Shown here one piece after another: positions 39,273-55,019 of a DNA stretch of 64,000 nt. Origin of the DNA: Adineta vaga (taxonomy: Eukaryota > Animalia > Rotifera); contig CP075496.1 in NCBI GenBank assembly GCA_021613535.1, positions 7,688,001 through 7,752,000 of the forward strand, written 5' to 3'. Each line of letters begins with the position of its first letter. The stretch's first letter is position 1. Made by a program: the position numbers and the translations under genes. The notes under the pieces are model-generated. The model had not been told where the DNA came from, did no database searches, and worked only from the letters and a program-made list of their open reading frames with translations.

Positions 39273-41788
39273 TTATTTGCCATTTATATCACAAATATCA
39301 TCTTGTTGCTTTTGATCATGTTCATTTTCCAACATCGGTGGAAAATTAATATTAACTGCCTAAAATATAATCGACATATATGTATTTGTTCGAAAACTAA
39401 ATAAATGACATACTAAAACATCTAGCTCAAGAATGTCAACAAAACGATCGAGTATCATTGTTAAATTCGGTTTTGTTCGACCGAAATCTCCATGAACGAA
39501 TTCTTTTACATACGCACCAGCTTGAGTTGTTAATCGTAAACGAAAATGATACGAATCAATACTAATTGCGGATAATTCAGTGATAGATCGTTGTCGTGTC
39601 ATTACTGTTCGTCTATGATAATTCCAAAATATTACCAAGCAAAAATTGACAAATCATGATGCATACCGATGTAAAACTCGAATAGGAGTTTTTTGTTCAA
39701 TGATCAATGGATTCGATACTGATGCTAATCTTTGATCAAGTTCATTTTGATCAATTTGTGTCTCGGTATAACATAAAGCTTCATAACATTTCGTTTTTTC
39801 TTCTTCACCTTCTTTTATTTGATTACTGTCTTCTCTAAACGATCGGGAAAAAAATCTTCATTTACTATATAATTATTGTGACTGATAAATATACTTTGAT
39901 ACTTGTTGTAGATCACGTACACGAACATCTTTTGTTAAAGTATTGATTTCCTACAAAAAGAAACGAAGTAATATATTAGTAATAAATATATTACTATCAA
40001 CGTACATGTTGAACAGCACGAAATTCTTCTAGTTGATATAGAATTCTTGAAGGTTGTCGAAATTCAAGAACAAATGGTCGACCTATCGAAATCGAGTGAT
40101 TTTTTCTTATATGCAGAATAAACGTTTCATTGACTTACCACGACCTAGTGTTCGTACATCAACATCTTCGCGACCCGAAGAAAGAAAAGCATGATCTATA
40201 AAAGAAATATTTCATAATAGAGATGACATTTTTATTTTGAAATATGAAAGATTTACGTTTCGCAGATACAAGTTTGCTAATAGGAAGAGTAATCAATTCT
40301 TCAACAGATGTTTCAGCTTTACGAATTCCATCAATTACCCATGGAGTTTGAGATAACGTACGAGAATATTTATTATAACGTCCTAAAAAATGATTTTATC
40401 ATTTGAAATCATATTGACATTAGTTACAAACCAGCAACAAAAACTGAATCATGTTGGGCTAATATTGTACAGGATGTTTTTCCATCAATAGGTGGTTTAT
40501 AATATCTGAAATTAAAATCACAAAATTCATTAGAAATTGCTTTTTTTTAATCAGCTATACTCACTTTTCAAAGTCTTCGAATGTAATATCATTAAGGACG
40601 GAAGTAACTGCTTGCCGAGTGAATGCTTCATTAGCATTAGATTTCTAAAATTATATTTTAGTATTACAATGAAATATGAAAAAGTACATCGCCTTAATAA
40701 TGTCATTCTATCTTCTTTCAAAAATGCTTTACTTCATTCATTCTTTTCTAGATACAATATTCATACAGATCAATGGACAATTTTGGCAAGATTACAACAA
40801 CTTCGCTATCAAAAAAATCTCTCATGTACGAATGATGGAATTGTGTCTGGTACGGATGAAGAAAACAAGTCATGGTCTTACAACCTTGGTAATCAGCATC
40901 TTACCTGTAATTTCGGATTGTCTGCATAACGAAATCTTCGTCTAATAAATAAATTCATCGTTGATAAAGTTCATCTATGGAATAGGAAACTTACAAAAAA
41001 TTGAGTTCTTCAGTTTCACCACTAAAATCAAATGTTATATTAATTTCAAAAGGACTCTAAACACAATAAAAGAAGCAAAACTTTGTTAAATAAGTGAATC
41101 AAAGTCAAATCTCGTCAGTTATACTTCGATTTGATATGGTCGTTCGAGTGCTTCTTCTAATCGATCAATCATTAAATTTCTCCATTGATCTTTAATAATT
41201 GGTAGATCTTTTTCATTACATTCACCAACAAATTTATTTAAAAATTTCAATAAATATGCCTAGAAAAAAGTCAAATTTTTATTTACGAAATAAGATTTAT
41301 TTACAAAATTTACATGTCGAATGAATAAATTCAATGGTAATGTAAGATTACAACAGAAGGATTGGAAATCACTGGTTGCTGATTGTGCAGTTTGTTTAAT
41401 CTTTTCAAAGATAAGAAATAATGAATAGAAATTTTCAAATTTATCGCTTACCCGTTGGATAAATTCATCGGATGTATAACGATGTAATACATCAATACAT
41501 AAAAAACAATGTTGAGTAGATGGAATAGTGAGATGATTATCTATCGTTTGTACATCGGAATGATTTAACGAAGTTGATTCAAGCGATATTCTTTCCTAAA
41601 AAAAATTGACTATGATAGACTCGAATTATTTAATTTATGTTTAGTTCAATTTGCACCTGTTTTTCAATGAAATTTTTCAACATAGAACATTGATCTTTTA
41701 ATGGACATGATCGACATAATCGATTGATAAACAATCGATAAGCATTTGTTGCCATCATTGAATCTGTTGTCATATCTACAAGAGTCAT
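39273..41788 (-). CDS. PUS10: tRNA pseudouridine synthase PUS10 (multi-exon; start codon uncertain among 41788/41773/41758)
   Basis: AGRYNKYSRTLSQTPW; catalytic SSGREDVDVRTLGRGRPFVLEF; EQKTPIRVLHRR; TQAGAYVKEFVHGDFGRTKPNL...DILELDV; TAA at 39273-39275. Confidence 0.95.
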
Positions 41789-41931
41789 TGGCGAGGTGTT
41801 TTTTTTTCTTATATCAAATTCACAATTTATTTGAAACATGTGATGAGAATCAGTGTAGACACATGACAATGAACTTTATTTTATAAGGAAAAAAACAATA
41901 GATCGACGTACATATAATGAACAGGTGAATG

Positions 41932-42580
41932 TCAATAACGATATTTAGTGGAATAATCTTTTGGTGATATAACTAAACCACGACCTTTACGAGCACCACG
42001 ATAGACAGTTTCAATAATATCAATAAATTCTTGAGTATCTTCTAAAGCCCAACTTATTTTATTATTGTTACCAGTACCCAAATCGATCATAATATGCTTA
42101 TTACGATAGAAGAACATGATCGTACATGGATCATACAATTCATACCTAGAAAAAGAAAAGCAAATTTATAGAAAACAATTTCAATCGATAGTTTTCTACT
42201 GATCGAAATTCTCAATATGTTTCCTAATGCGAACCGTTCGATATGATATTCTCTCAAAGAAAACCTACCCGCAATTTGAGTTCAAGATGATTTATTGAAC
42301 TGATCATTAACTTCTGAATATGAATATCAATAAGAAAATCAAAAATTAAACAATATTTAACTTACATTTTATTGAAATCTGGTGTTTCTGTAATATCAAC
42401 GAGATAAATGACTGCAAAATTCTTGATTTTTTCTGCAACTTTGTATAAAACTTCATCCATTTTCATACATGTTGGGTCCCAATCATGACCAAAACGAATT
42501 ACAACCACTTTATCTTCTTCCGAGAGAATGGCCTGATCAACTTGCCAGCCATTATGTAAATGTGGTAACATATACGACAT
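41932..42580 (-). CDS. TXNL4A: U5 snRNP thioredoxin-like protein DIM1, two exons
   Basis: MSYMLPHLHNGWQVDQAILSEEDKVVVIRFGHDWDPTCMKMDE...DLGTGNNNKISWA...YRGARKGRGLVISPKDYSTKYRY, nearly identical to canonical DIM1. Confidence 0.99.
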
Positions 42581-42842
42581 GATGAATGTTTATATCTAAA
42601 AGAAGAAAGAATAAGATTTATAATTATTTGCACATTCCATTTGGACTAAATATCATTTAACAAAACGCACAGAATGACCACTCATCCCATAAAACACATA
42701 AAAAGCACACACTCACAGACCTTCATTCGAAATATTTTTTTATCAAACACGGAAAACCGATTGTTCATATTCATCACAGACATTGTTATGAGATTAAATT
42801 GTTTCGGACAAAAGAAAATAAAAAGAAACGAAATAAGATCAA

Positions 42843-45024
42843 TTATTTCTTTTTAATATGTAAACGTTTTCGAATTTGTTCAAATGGCTCTTGTGTTAAT
42901 GTCACATTGATTAATGTAAATAATTTATAAAAAACCACACCATTCAAAGTATAATTTGTTGTATTGATACCATCAAGACTATAATCATATTTGGAATATA
43001 GAATCGTGTGACGATGCGGATTTTCTTTTTCAGACTTATGATCATGAGTACGAATCATTTTATAACGAGCAATCTCGATTGGATAACGTGTAATTGATTT
43101 TTTCAATTGTTTAACAACACGTAAATACATGTCATCGTCTTCACCACCCCAACCCCAGTATACAGTTGGATAGCCATTGGCACCAACGAAATCTGATAAA
43201 CGAAAGGCTGTTACACCTCCAAATAATGTGGAATAAAGAAGTTTGTAATTAAATTTATCAACAGCAACTGACCTAAAACAAAAGCATCATATTTTTCAAT
43301 GAATAATGTGAACCTGAATCGATAGAATGTACTGCAATATCACGAAATATTTTGAAATAATTGTGATTGTGAAACCATCCTATGTAATTCAAATAGATGT
43401 CGCGGCAAACACGAATAGAAAGTAAAATACAGTATTTGTAAATACATCATATGAAATTTAGTTCGGTAACTATTTCCTCATAGAATTGATCGTGATTAGT
43501 ATTCTCAGATCTATTCTCATCATTCAATATCTAATAAGGATTAATTATTTCTTTTTCTATACTATAACGATCTGTCAATTTAGAAGAAAAAAACAAGGAT
43601 ATAAACGTACATATACAAATATTTACATTGTGTAATTCAATTTAGTACTTCTATCTTCATTCATATAGAAAAGAATTAGTACAACATATAATGAATGCTT
43701 TTACTGTACAGACGAATAAACATAAACATAGATGATAAAATCGATTATGTTTGATAGTAAATATATATTCTTAAATAGAAATTCCCTCAAATTCGATATT
43801 TAAAACTGATAATAGTCAAACAGATCTTTTCAAAAGTATTATGATTATATGAATCAGTTAAAAAATATTAGCAAAAGTCTTCTGACATGACATGGAGATA
43901 AATCTAATTTTTAATATTTAAAGGCATGGTCTTCTCTATGTCATATATCAGAGAATCCTGTATTCTAATCACAATTGACAATCTGTTCTTCCTACAAGAA
44001 CTATATTTTCAAAAAATGCATTGAATCTAAATGAAGTGAAAGATTGTGATGTTTTTCGATTACTTACATATGCCTTGGTTGATCACCACATTTATAAACA
44101 TTTCGTAAATCTTCAGGTAAAAGATCTACATCATGAAAAATAAAACAATCGAATGGATATAATTTTACTGCTTCTAAATAACCAACATTAAACAGAGCAG
44201 CACGATTGAACTGATCAGCTCCATCTTGATTAACAATGAAGATTGTATAATCTAATTGTTGTTTTTGTAAAAATGGATGAATATTATCAAGAAACATTTT
44301 CAGATGTTGTTCACGTTTACGATAACATATAATCAAAGCTAAACGTTGTTCTGGTCGGCAATCTTTTGGAATATAATGTCCACCGGAATATAAAACATTT
44401 CCCACATACTGTTCTATAGTATTGTATGGATAAAGTGTTTGATTTACTTTTACTATATAGTGTGAGGTATCATTATTTGATATCGAAAAATTACAAACAG
44501 GTAATATGTTATTAGCGCGTAATTCAGGTAATGTTGAATTAAAAAATGGATAAGATGATGCATTTTCAAAAGGTATTACAGGTAATATAGATGTTGCTTG
44601 GTTTGTAGTGCTAGTAGTAGTAATAGTACTAGTACTAGTAATAGCAGTCACTGTTACATTGATTACGGGAATTTTGGATGTTAAATTAACGGATGTGTTT
44701 GTTGATATTATTTCATGAGTAATATTAGTCTAAACACGATGCATTTATATTTATTCATGAACAGGAAATTCTATTCATTTGGTAAAATTTTGATTGACTT
44801 ACTTTTATCGGATCGGATATAGTTAAATTCGATTGACCTGATTGGTTATATGCACTGCGTCCATCTGATGATTGATTTTGTAAATTTATTGTTATTAATG
44901 ATATTGAAGATTCTTCTAACGTTATTTGAGTTTGTTTAATTTGTAAGGTAACGATATAGTAAAGTGCTTGAAAGAAAACCACGGAACATACACATAAAAA
45001 AATAGTACGTCTTTTTGAACACAT
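42843..45024 (-). CDS. Beta-1,4-galactosyl/N-acetylgalactosaminyltransferase (GT7, B4GALT/bre-4-like), three exons
   Basis: N-terminal TM and Thr-rich stem; ALIICYRKREQHL, FNRAALFNVG, FIFHDVDLLPED, GYPTVYWGWGGEDDDM motifs. Confidence 0.95.
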
Positions 45025-46727
45025 CGAAATCGACGATTAAATATGATAGGCATGTGACCTTTAAAGAAAAAGAAGGTGATGCTTAACTCATTCTGATTTA
45101 GTTATGTGTAATTTGTGACAAACAGAAAGGACGGTATGTTAAAAAGAGAAAAAATATATATATTCCATTTTCTTTTCCTTCCTTTTTCTGCTTGAAAATA
45201 AAAGATTCTTTCTTTCCTATTTCTCTCTTTATTTGCAAAGTGTTCTTTTTTAGTCGAGAAAAAAGAAGTAATACTCATCTGACAATTGACAAGAGAATAA
45301 TCAAGAAATAAACCCATCCGATCAAATAAAATACAAGTGTTCTGATGAACTCATTACAAGACAATATTAAATGAAGTTCTTCGAATATAATGATCAAATA
45401 TCGATTAGGAGAATGTATATTTTGTTATGATTTTATGTAAATGGATAAAGAAAAAAGAAATCGTTTTTTTTTCCTTTGAATAGACAATCTTTGTGTATAT
45501 GAATATATTCAGTGTCAAATGTAATTATCAAGAAAAAATGGATAAGTTGCCTGTGATAGAAGAGAGTGAAATTTGAACTATTTAACGAAAAAGTTTTGTT
45601 ATAAAGGTGATAAGATGATTTGTTGACCTTCTCTTATGATTATAAGACCGATGACAAATTATGCGTCAAATGTTCTAATCTTTCTCAGATAAATGGCATA
45701 ACAGAAATGACATGTTTTTCTCTTCATTATCGTTGTATGACGAAGTATGAAGAACTAATATTGATTTATTAACAAAGAAAATGATTGATGTTCTTCGTTG
45801 TCAATAGAAAGCATCAATTTTTGTTCGATTAAAATTTAACAGTAGATTTTACGTTACAAATAACATGTTTTTGAGAAGAATCTATTGAGTAACTATGCAA
45901 ATAATTCGTCAAACATATAAATGTCAAAGTAACAATAAGAGAAAAAAAGAAACTGCTCTAATATTGTTGCTTACCCAGAATTGAAGTCGAAAAATTGATA
46001 AAACTTTCACTAATTACTTTCTTTTTCGATTACAAAAGAGTATGAACAATAGGAGTAAATATGAAAACATACTTACTTAACAAACGGATAAAATAGTTTT
46101 GATAATCATTCTAGAATAAAAACAATAGAAAACTAAGCAATTCTTTTTCTATTAATTAAAAACGGAAGTAGAATGAATAGTTGATGATAATTGAATATTA
46201 TTTTGAGTTTCATATAGGAATAGAACTCTTCGGATTGATAAAAAAATTGTTTCTATTATATTCTTAAGAGATTTCATTCTGACAAATGATTTTCGGTAAT
46301 ACAGATTCAAATCTCACAAGTACATTTCTATAACATTATTCATATTTAATAGATGAATACAACCTAAAATCCTTCGCTATTATCGGTATTGATTCATATA
46401 TATATATTACTCAAAGACATAAACAAATCTGAATTGTATTTGAAAATAATATTCTAATCAACAAGGCTATAAAAATATCGAATAGTCATTATCGGTCATT
46501 TGTATCGAATTCAGATGACTCTTCGATATCGTACTAATTAATAGAATTTTATCTAGAACAGAGAACATAAAGTGACATGATTAATAAAGACAACAAATAT
46601 TTAAGATAAGACAAAACAATTTAAAGAACAATACAACTTTTTTTTCTTTGTTTCTATCTGAACACTAAGCCGAACATCACAGTACATTCAAGAAAAGAAA
46701 GAAAAAAAGAATGAATAATGTTTGTTT

Positions 46728-47985
46728 TTAATCAGTTCGATCAACATCATTGTTACCATCATAGAATTCGTTGGCTGTATCGGCACTAAAGCATAAAGTA
46801 CAACGCTCAATTAGAAAATAGAAAAACAAATCCTCTGTTATTTACCGTCTTGTTGGTTTTCCTCCAGCGTGATTAGCTGTATCTAAAAGATCAGGTGGAA
46901 CGTCGTGCATTTGAACAGAAGGTGCATGAGCAAGTAAACGTAATTTTTCATTAACAAATTGAACAATCGATTCAAGATACTAAATACGAAAAAATAGATC
47001 ATAAATTCAATCATATTAACATTTACTTGACGAGAATTTCCATTTTCGATTTTAGGATTAAACAAATTTGGATGTAGTTGACAATCAGGTGCAAAAAATT
47101 CAATATAATCTAAAAGAAATTTCTTCTAACGATTACAATTAATGTTATGAAATTTTCATACCATGATAAGGGATGTCATTTGAAAGTTGTTCATTAAGAA
47201 TCAAGGATGTCTCATATGTCCAACAACGTGCAACATTTTTCACTGTATAACCACCTCCACCAACGACAAGTCTAAAACAATGAATGATTTATTGAGAGAT
47301 TTTCTTGAGAATAATAACTTACACAGGTAAATTTTGTTCCATAACAAATGAAACACATTTACCATGTCCTTTTATAGATAAATTGAAGCATCCAAGTCGA
47401 TCGCCACCAAGTGAATCAGCTCCACATTGAAGTACGATACATTTTGGACGATAATATTGCATTACAGTTGACATGACCGGTTTGAAAACAAGTTCATAAT
47501 AATCTAAAGATAAATACATTTGATTTTCAGATAGTTTTCCAATTCATTGTTCGCATCTTTGTCTACTTACCATCATCTGTAATACCCTCTCGAAGAGGAA
47601 CATTAATTGAATAATATCTTCCCGTTTCAGCTCCAATTTCATACATACTACCTGAAGAACAAAAAAATTCGAACAATTATTTTCGACATTCTTCTCATCT
47701 TTTTTTTCATTTTAACAAACCTGTGCCAGGAAAAAAATTATTCCCATATTTATGAAAAGATACAGTCATAACACGATCAGTAAAATAAAATGCCTCTTGT
47801 ACTCCATCACCATGATGGACATCAATATCAATATAAAGCACACGATCATGATATCTATATATCGAAAATATTATTTTCCTCCTATATATATTTTCTTCAA
47901 GTTTGAATTTACTTCAATAATTCAAGAATAGCAATTACAATATCATTTACATAACAAAATCCAGATGCCTAAGAGACAAACAATC

Positions 47986-48018
<33 letters not shown>

Positions 48019-48650
48019 TTGAAATGTTTACTTCGCATTTTTTCGCATGATGAAGTCCACCCGACCAGTTGATAGCTACATCACTTTGCTGTTAAGAAAA
48101 ACATAAAAAGAAATATGAATTGGATCAATAAAAATCTACAAACCTTATGATTAAGTTGTGTTGCAGATAGTAATGATGCACCTGTATAAAGTTTACAAAA
48201 ATCAAAAAGTCCTGTAAATACTGGACAATCATCTCCTAAATTATAAATTGAATAAAAACGTTGATATTCTTGACTATTGGGTGCAACACGTGAAAGAAAT
48301 TCAACGTAATCTTCCGAATGAAAACGTGTCATGTCATGTATACTAGCTTCTGATGGGCAAAAAATCTAAAATAAGACGAAATCATCTCCTTACTGTTATT
48401 GAGAATATTGATAAATGAAGGATAAACATACATTCATTTTTTTATGCATTTTATATTCTAATACTAAGCAGTTTGTTAATTCAACACGATAAGGTTTCAT
48501 TGGATGACCAGGACCGTAGTGATATTTGCCTACAGTCTACACAAAACAAATAAAATAAAATGTGTTTTGTTTTTCGTAGAAAGAAAAAATAGATAATTAA
48601 TACCATACCGGATTCATCATATAGGCGAATGTACGTTTCTGTGTTGTCAT
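46728..48650 (-). CDS. HDAC3: Class I histone deacetylase, HDAC3-type
   Basis: [73 protein letters not shown]; HDAC3-like C-terminus ANEFYDG; TAA at 46728-46730. Confidence 0.93.
47986..48015. repeat. (TTA)10 microsatellite in an HDAC3 intron
   Basis: ttattattattattattattattattatta seen directly. Confidence 0.9.
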
Positions 48651-48959
48651 TTTGTAACTGAATTAATGAAAAATTATTTAGATGATTTCCATTTGATTCT
48701 ATACTCAGTAATTAATGATTAACTAGACTGTATAAGTTCGAAACACCTGCAACCAACCGAGTAGACGATCGATGTAAAAAGAGAAAGAAATGGATGCGTC
48801 GTAGCGAATAACTTTTCGTGAATAGCATCAACAGATGTCGTTAACAAGCAATCCAAATTAGAATTGGCTAAACTTGAATGAAATATATATATAAGAGAAT
48901 TGACATTGTATTTTATTTCACATGACGAAACTATCGATTTTCTTTCTTCTATTCTTTCG

Positions 48960-50400
48960 TTTTTATCTTCTACCTCAGATATGTCTGCTAATGAACCATG
49001 TAGAAGAAAGGATAATCTTCAGGAAGCGCATCGTTTCTAATTGATAGCTGGTAGGAAATTTGACACAAGAATCCGATGATCGTATCCGGCTGTTGGTTCT
49101 GATAGGTTTCTATTGGATCCGGGCCGTACTTCTTCACTTCGGTAAAGACGATGTTTTTTCTAACTATTTAATTTATTGAAATTCTTTCTGTAAAGATAAA
49201 TCACAGAAAGAAAAGAATAGGTACATTGTAAAAGAACAGAAGAAATAAGGAAGAAAGAAAGAGAAAGGGAGGCAGAAAAATTACTGTCACTGAGAATTGG
49301 TAGTTGGTGATTAGGAAACGGGGAGAGGCTGTTGGTTGACGAGCTGCTATTGGACGATGGAATGAGGCCAGATAATTGCTTGCCAACCTACAAGACAGAA
49401 AAAATCGATGAAAATTTAGATTAAATTGCTACTGTAGTTACCCGCGTATTGAATGATTGGAAGATTAGGGAGATGATGTCGGTGTAGATGGTGGTGAATT
49501 GATCTTAAAAAAAATTATTTTATTTGGGAAGTTATCGGTGTTGCAACTTGAGGCTGTTGGGTTAAGATGCTATTGGAGGTGTAGATATCATGGTTGACTA
49601 AACCATAATATGAGACATTGGTGGAATGTTATTGAGAGACGTTGTGGAGAATACAGACGAATTGAAGAGGCAGCAGGATTTTACGAAATAGCAAAGCCAA
49701 GAACAGGGACAAGACATCTAAAAACCAGAAAGATCATGAGGATGCATATTCATTCATCTAGAATAGAGATGTAAATGACCAGATGTACATAATTATATGT
49801 ACAAGAAAACCATTGTTCATCAATAGTCTTTATATGTACAATGGAGACGAAAGCGAACGATCAACGGTGAAATATCTTTCGATAAATGTCACGAAATGTT
49901 CTTTTATAAAACGGACGAAATGATCGTAAACGAAAATGAATTCTTCATTTTCTTTGGTGCAAAACGGCCGGTTTTACAATAAACCTTACTCCTAAACTAA
50001 ATTTTCCTGCTACAACAAAATTCAATAGTGCTCAAATAGTTCCACTGTGATTGCGAAATGGATGTGAATCTGTTTGCGTATTTTCGTCATGATCTTGATT
50101 GATATTATTGACCAATTAATTTTTCTTTGCCAGAACAATTCGTACAACGTCTCACTAACGACACTATAAATACCTGTAAATATGGATGAACTTATATTAC
50201 CTTTTCTCTATATAGGTAACTGGACAAACACCAGATGCATTCAATGAACTGCTAATCAAAACAAAAGTATACGTATATGAGGACAGCATCACTTGCACAG
50301 AAAACGTCAACCCAATGCTCTACCTGACAGATCAAGCTATCTATAACAGATTACTTCGACTGCTTTTGAAATGTTTCATTGAATAAATGCTTCTAGAATT
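48960..50400 (-). pseudogene. Probable decayed multi-exon gene of unknown family
   Basis: Several GC-richer blocks bounded by minus-strand pyrimidine-AG acceptors and GTAA donors (e.g. 49718-49442, 49387-49285, 50173-49989). Protein-like stretches (VGKQLSGLIPSSNSSSSTNSLSPFPNHQLP; KKHRLYRSEEVRPGSNRNLSEP) are interrupted by stops. Confidence 0.4.
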
Positions 50401-52290
50401 AAGATTAAAATTAATTATTCAGATTGCTTTGAGTTGTAAAATAGAATACAATTTTAGATGAAAGATTTTTATGTTTATATAAAGCAACAAAATAGTCATC
50501 TTCAATTAAACTATCTTTGAGACTTCCAAAATGCTTTTTGTCTATGGAATTCATTGATTTTCTTGAACAACCATGTTCTCTATGAATAGACAATATTGAA
50601 TCATTGTGTCAATCTTATTTTTATATTATCCATTTGGTTTAATCTCTAATATTACTAATTAGAAAGAATATAAATTTAATTATAATGGAAATAAGCTTAT
50701 GATTATGTTTGAAAGCATCAAATTACTCATTATTTCAATCAGTTGATATTAATTGATCAAGTTGTTTGATAGGATATATTTTTGAAGAAATGTCAAATGG
50801 CATGTATATTGAGTTTGCAGAAAGAGATTATAAAATGGGCGAAAGTAGAAGAGAAAAGTTTTCTGTAAATAGAAATTTTTGCTTTCTATATTCAAACAAA
50901 AATTGAATATAGATTTTGTTCACATATTTTATTATTCCTTCTTTTCGTTCGTCAATTTTGTTACATCTTCAATCTGAAGTTCAGTAATAATAAAAAGTTT
51001 CTTATGAATAAGTAAGCAAAACGCTTTTGTTTGTATCAATGGTTTTATCTGAACGATCTATTCGAATATTTCTAACAGTTATTCTTTTTATGTTATCTAT
51101 GATATTTATATTTTAATAGAAAAACCGACTTCTTACTTGAAATCAAGCGAAGATTCACGACTACCCGATTTTTATCATGCAGTTTTGAATATCGATCCGA
51201 TTGTAGTTTAAAAAAATATTTGTGAAAATATTCCAGTCTCACTTGGAAGATTATAAGGTTCTATTAGTTATTTAACAACATGAATAGGGCTTTTATATTA
51301 ATTTAAAATAAATTAGTCGATGAACTGATGTTTTAGAAACAAATCCTTTAATTCTACGTAATTCATCAGCATTTTCTTGTATTGATATCAAATTTGTTTT
51401 CAAAATATTTCATCGAACAACATTTTCATAAATAAGATTTGAGAATAATGGAAATCATTTTTCAAACTGTCGTATCTATCAAATAATTAGAAGCTTACAA
51501 TAGGTTTTGTACGATTAGCATCCTCGACGTATACATGAATTAATGATACAAATAATTCGAGACTAGACAGAAACCTTGTGAACAATTTATTATTCTAGAT
51601 ATTCACTAAAAACATATACGAATCACTTTGCTAGTATTGGCGCGTACGAATATAAAGGTCATCGAGCTTTCCGTCTACAGTCTCAAAGTCATCAATAGTT
51701 GCATTTTGATGTGTTCAAAATATTCTCGTTTTTGAATAGCAATATATGCCTTCAATGCGAGTATATACAATTAACATTCTATAATCGACCTTGAAATGAT
51801 AACTATCTTACTTTATTATGCGCCTTTGATATTGATACTGTACATTTGGAGGCTTGTCTTTGTTTACTTGATCATTGTATCAATCAATCAAATCTTTTGA
51901 CTGATAAAAATTTTCACGTCATCGTAAAGCTTATGAATTATAATGCTTATCAGATAAATGTAAATACTTTATCTATACAATGCTGTGTCCTACTTTTAAC
52001 GCTAACGTTTCATGAAATCTGAAAATTGATTAATGTTACTTTATGTTATTTTGTAACATTGATGGTAATCATTTAAATGAACAAATTCTTAATCATACAT
52101 TACACTATTGACTATTTTCGATAGAGAGTTTATTTCAAAACGAATTTTCGAACGGATATTCCACTAATTTTACTGTTGAAATTAGTGACTATTTCAAACT
52201 TAGTATCACAGCACGCAAATACAATTCTAAAATGATTCTGCATCTACACATCTTACTAAATTTGATCTTTACAAAGTAATCATTGATTAA

Positions 52291-52958
52291 AGCCTTCCCT
52301 TCGAAAATCGATTTTCAGCTTATGCTGATTCAAATGATCTGAAAATTTCACCTAGATTCGACGATATTTTACAAGAATAGAAGCCAGATAAGAATCAAAA
52401 GTAGCCGATTTGGCATCTCGAATATCTCAGTTCCGAATATTTTGATTCATTAAATTTATTTTTCATTGGAAAGAGCGAGTCAAGACGTAGCGCATGACCT
52501 TGTCCTTTTTTTTACGAATCTCGTAATTCTTACGTGGTTAAGGTCAGTGACAAGTTGAACACCCTAAAACTGTCTCTAAAATGTGATTTTTGAAACACAA
52601 GTGCCTGTGTATATAAGAAAAATAAACTTAATTTAAAAAAAGGACAAACGTCATGCCCTGCATCTTGACACGCTCTTTTCAACTACAAAAAAATTGTTAC
52701 GTATCGAATCATTCGGGACGGAGTAATTTTGGATATGCCTCCACCAAACCATGAATCGATCAAAAGCGAAAAACATTTGGAAATTTAAAAAACCTATTTT
52801 TTTCAAGCAGTCGATTACAGAAATCTTCAGTCGAAATAGAGGTGTTGAACAAAAAATTAGAGTTAACCTGACAGATTTGAAGAACGGCTATCTTTCCATG
52901 CATTTACTTCAATTTCGATATTTTTAACGAAAATTGACTGTTTTTCGAGGGGGAGACC
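52291..52958. mobile_element. Non-autonomous DNA transposon (MITE/foldback-like), degenerate
   Basis: 17-bp terminal inverted repeats (agccttcccttcgaaaa vs reverse complement ggtctccccctcgaaaa; 13/17 identical, all mismatches transitions). Flanked by TTAA (52287-52290) and TTCA (52959-52962). Internal ~100-bp inverted repeat pair at 52412-52512 and 52635-52739; no ORF. Confidence 0.72.
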
Positions 52959-53442
52959 TTCATCTCTACACTATATGAATGTATATCTTTCTCATATTTT
53001 CACGAACGATACATTATCAAAAACATCTTCGCAAGCGATTTAAGTCGGATTTGAGGATGTAAATGGATGTCATACTCATTTTATATCTTAAACATGACTA
53101 CCTCATCATTCGTACCGTCTATTATTCGTTGGATGTAGTAGTAAAAGTAAAACTATGATACTGAGACGACTATTAATATTCCCATCCGTCACATATAATC
53201 GATATTTGTTACAACGAACTTGAATTCATATGAATAACAATATTATCAAATTAAGAAACGAGTTATTTTCACTCACATATGATGTTATTTATTGCTTCCT
53301 TTCTTTAGTTAGAAAAAAAAACTGATTTCACAATACATAAGCATAACTGATTATAATAAAATGAAAAAGAAAAATGTTAAATAATCGACGTTGTTTCTAA
53401 GCCTTAATTATTGATTAATAATGTTGTTGTTTTGTTTGTTCT

Positions 53443-54876
<1,434 letters not shown>

Positions 54877-55019
54877 GGTTGTTTTCTAAATAAATATTCA
54901 GATTACTATATGCAATCTATTCGTAGATGTGAACAAAAGAAACTTACTTGTTTGTTGACTGTATATGTGTCTTGGAAGAAAAGAGAATGTAACTAAAGAA
55001 ATGAATGGCGTGCAGCTAC

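Noticed and set aside
42148-42363. Possible H/ACA snoRNA in the long DIM1 intron
   Set aside because: Only a short hairpin and weak box matches; cannot be supported without a covariance search.
50411-50830. Protein-like fragments around the 60-aa ORF
   Set aside because: Multiple stops, no recognisable family and no consistent exon chain.
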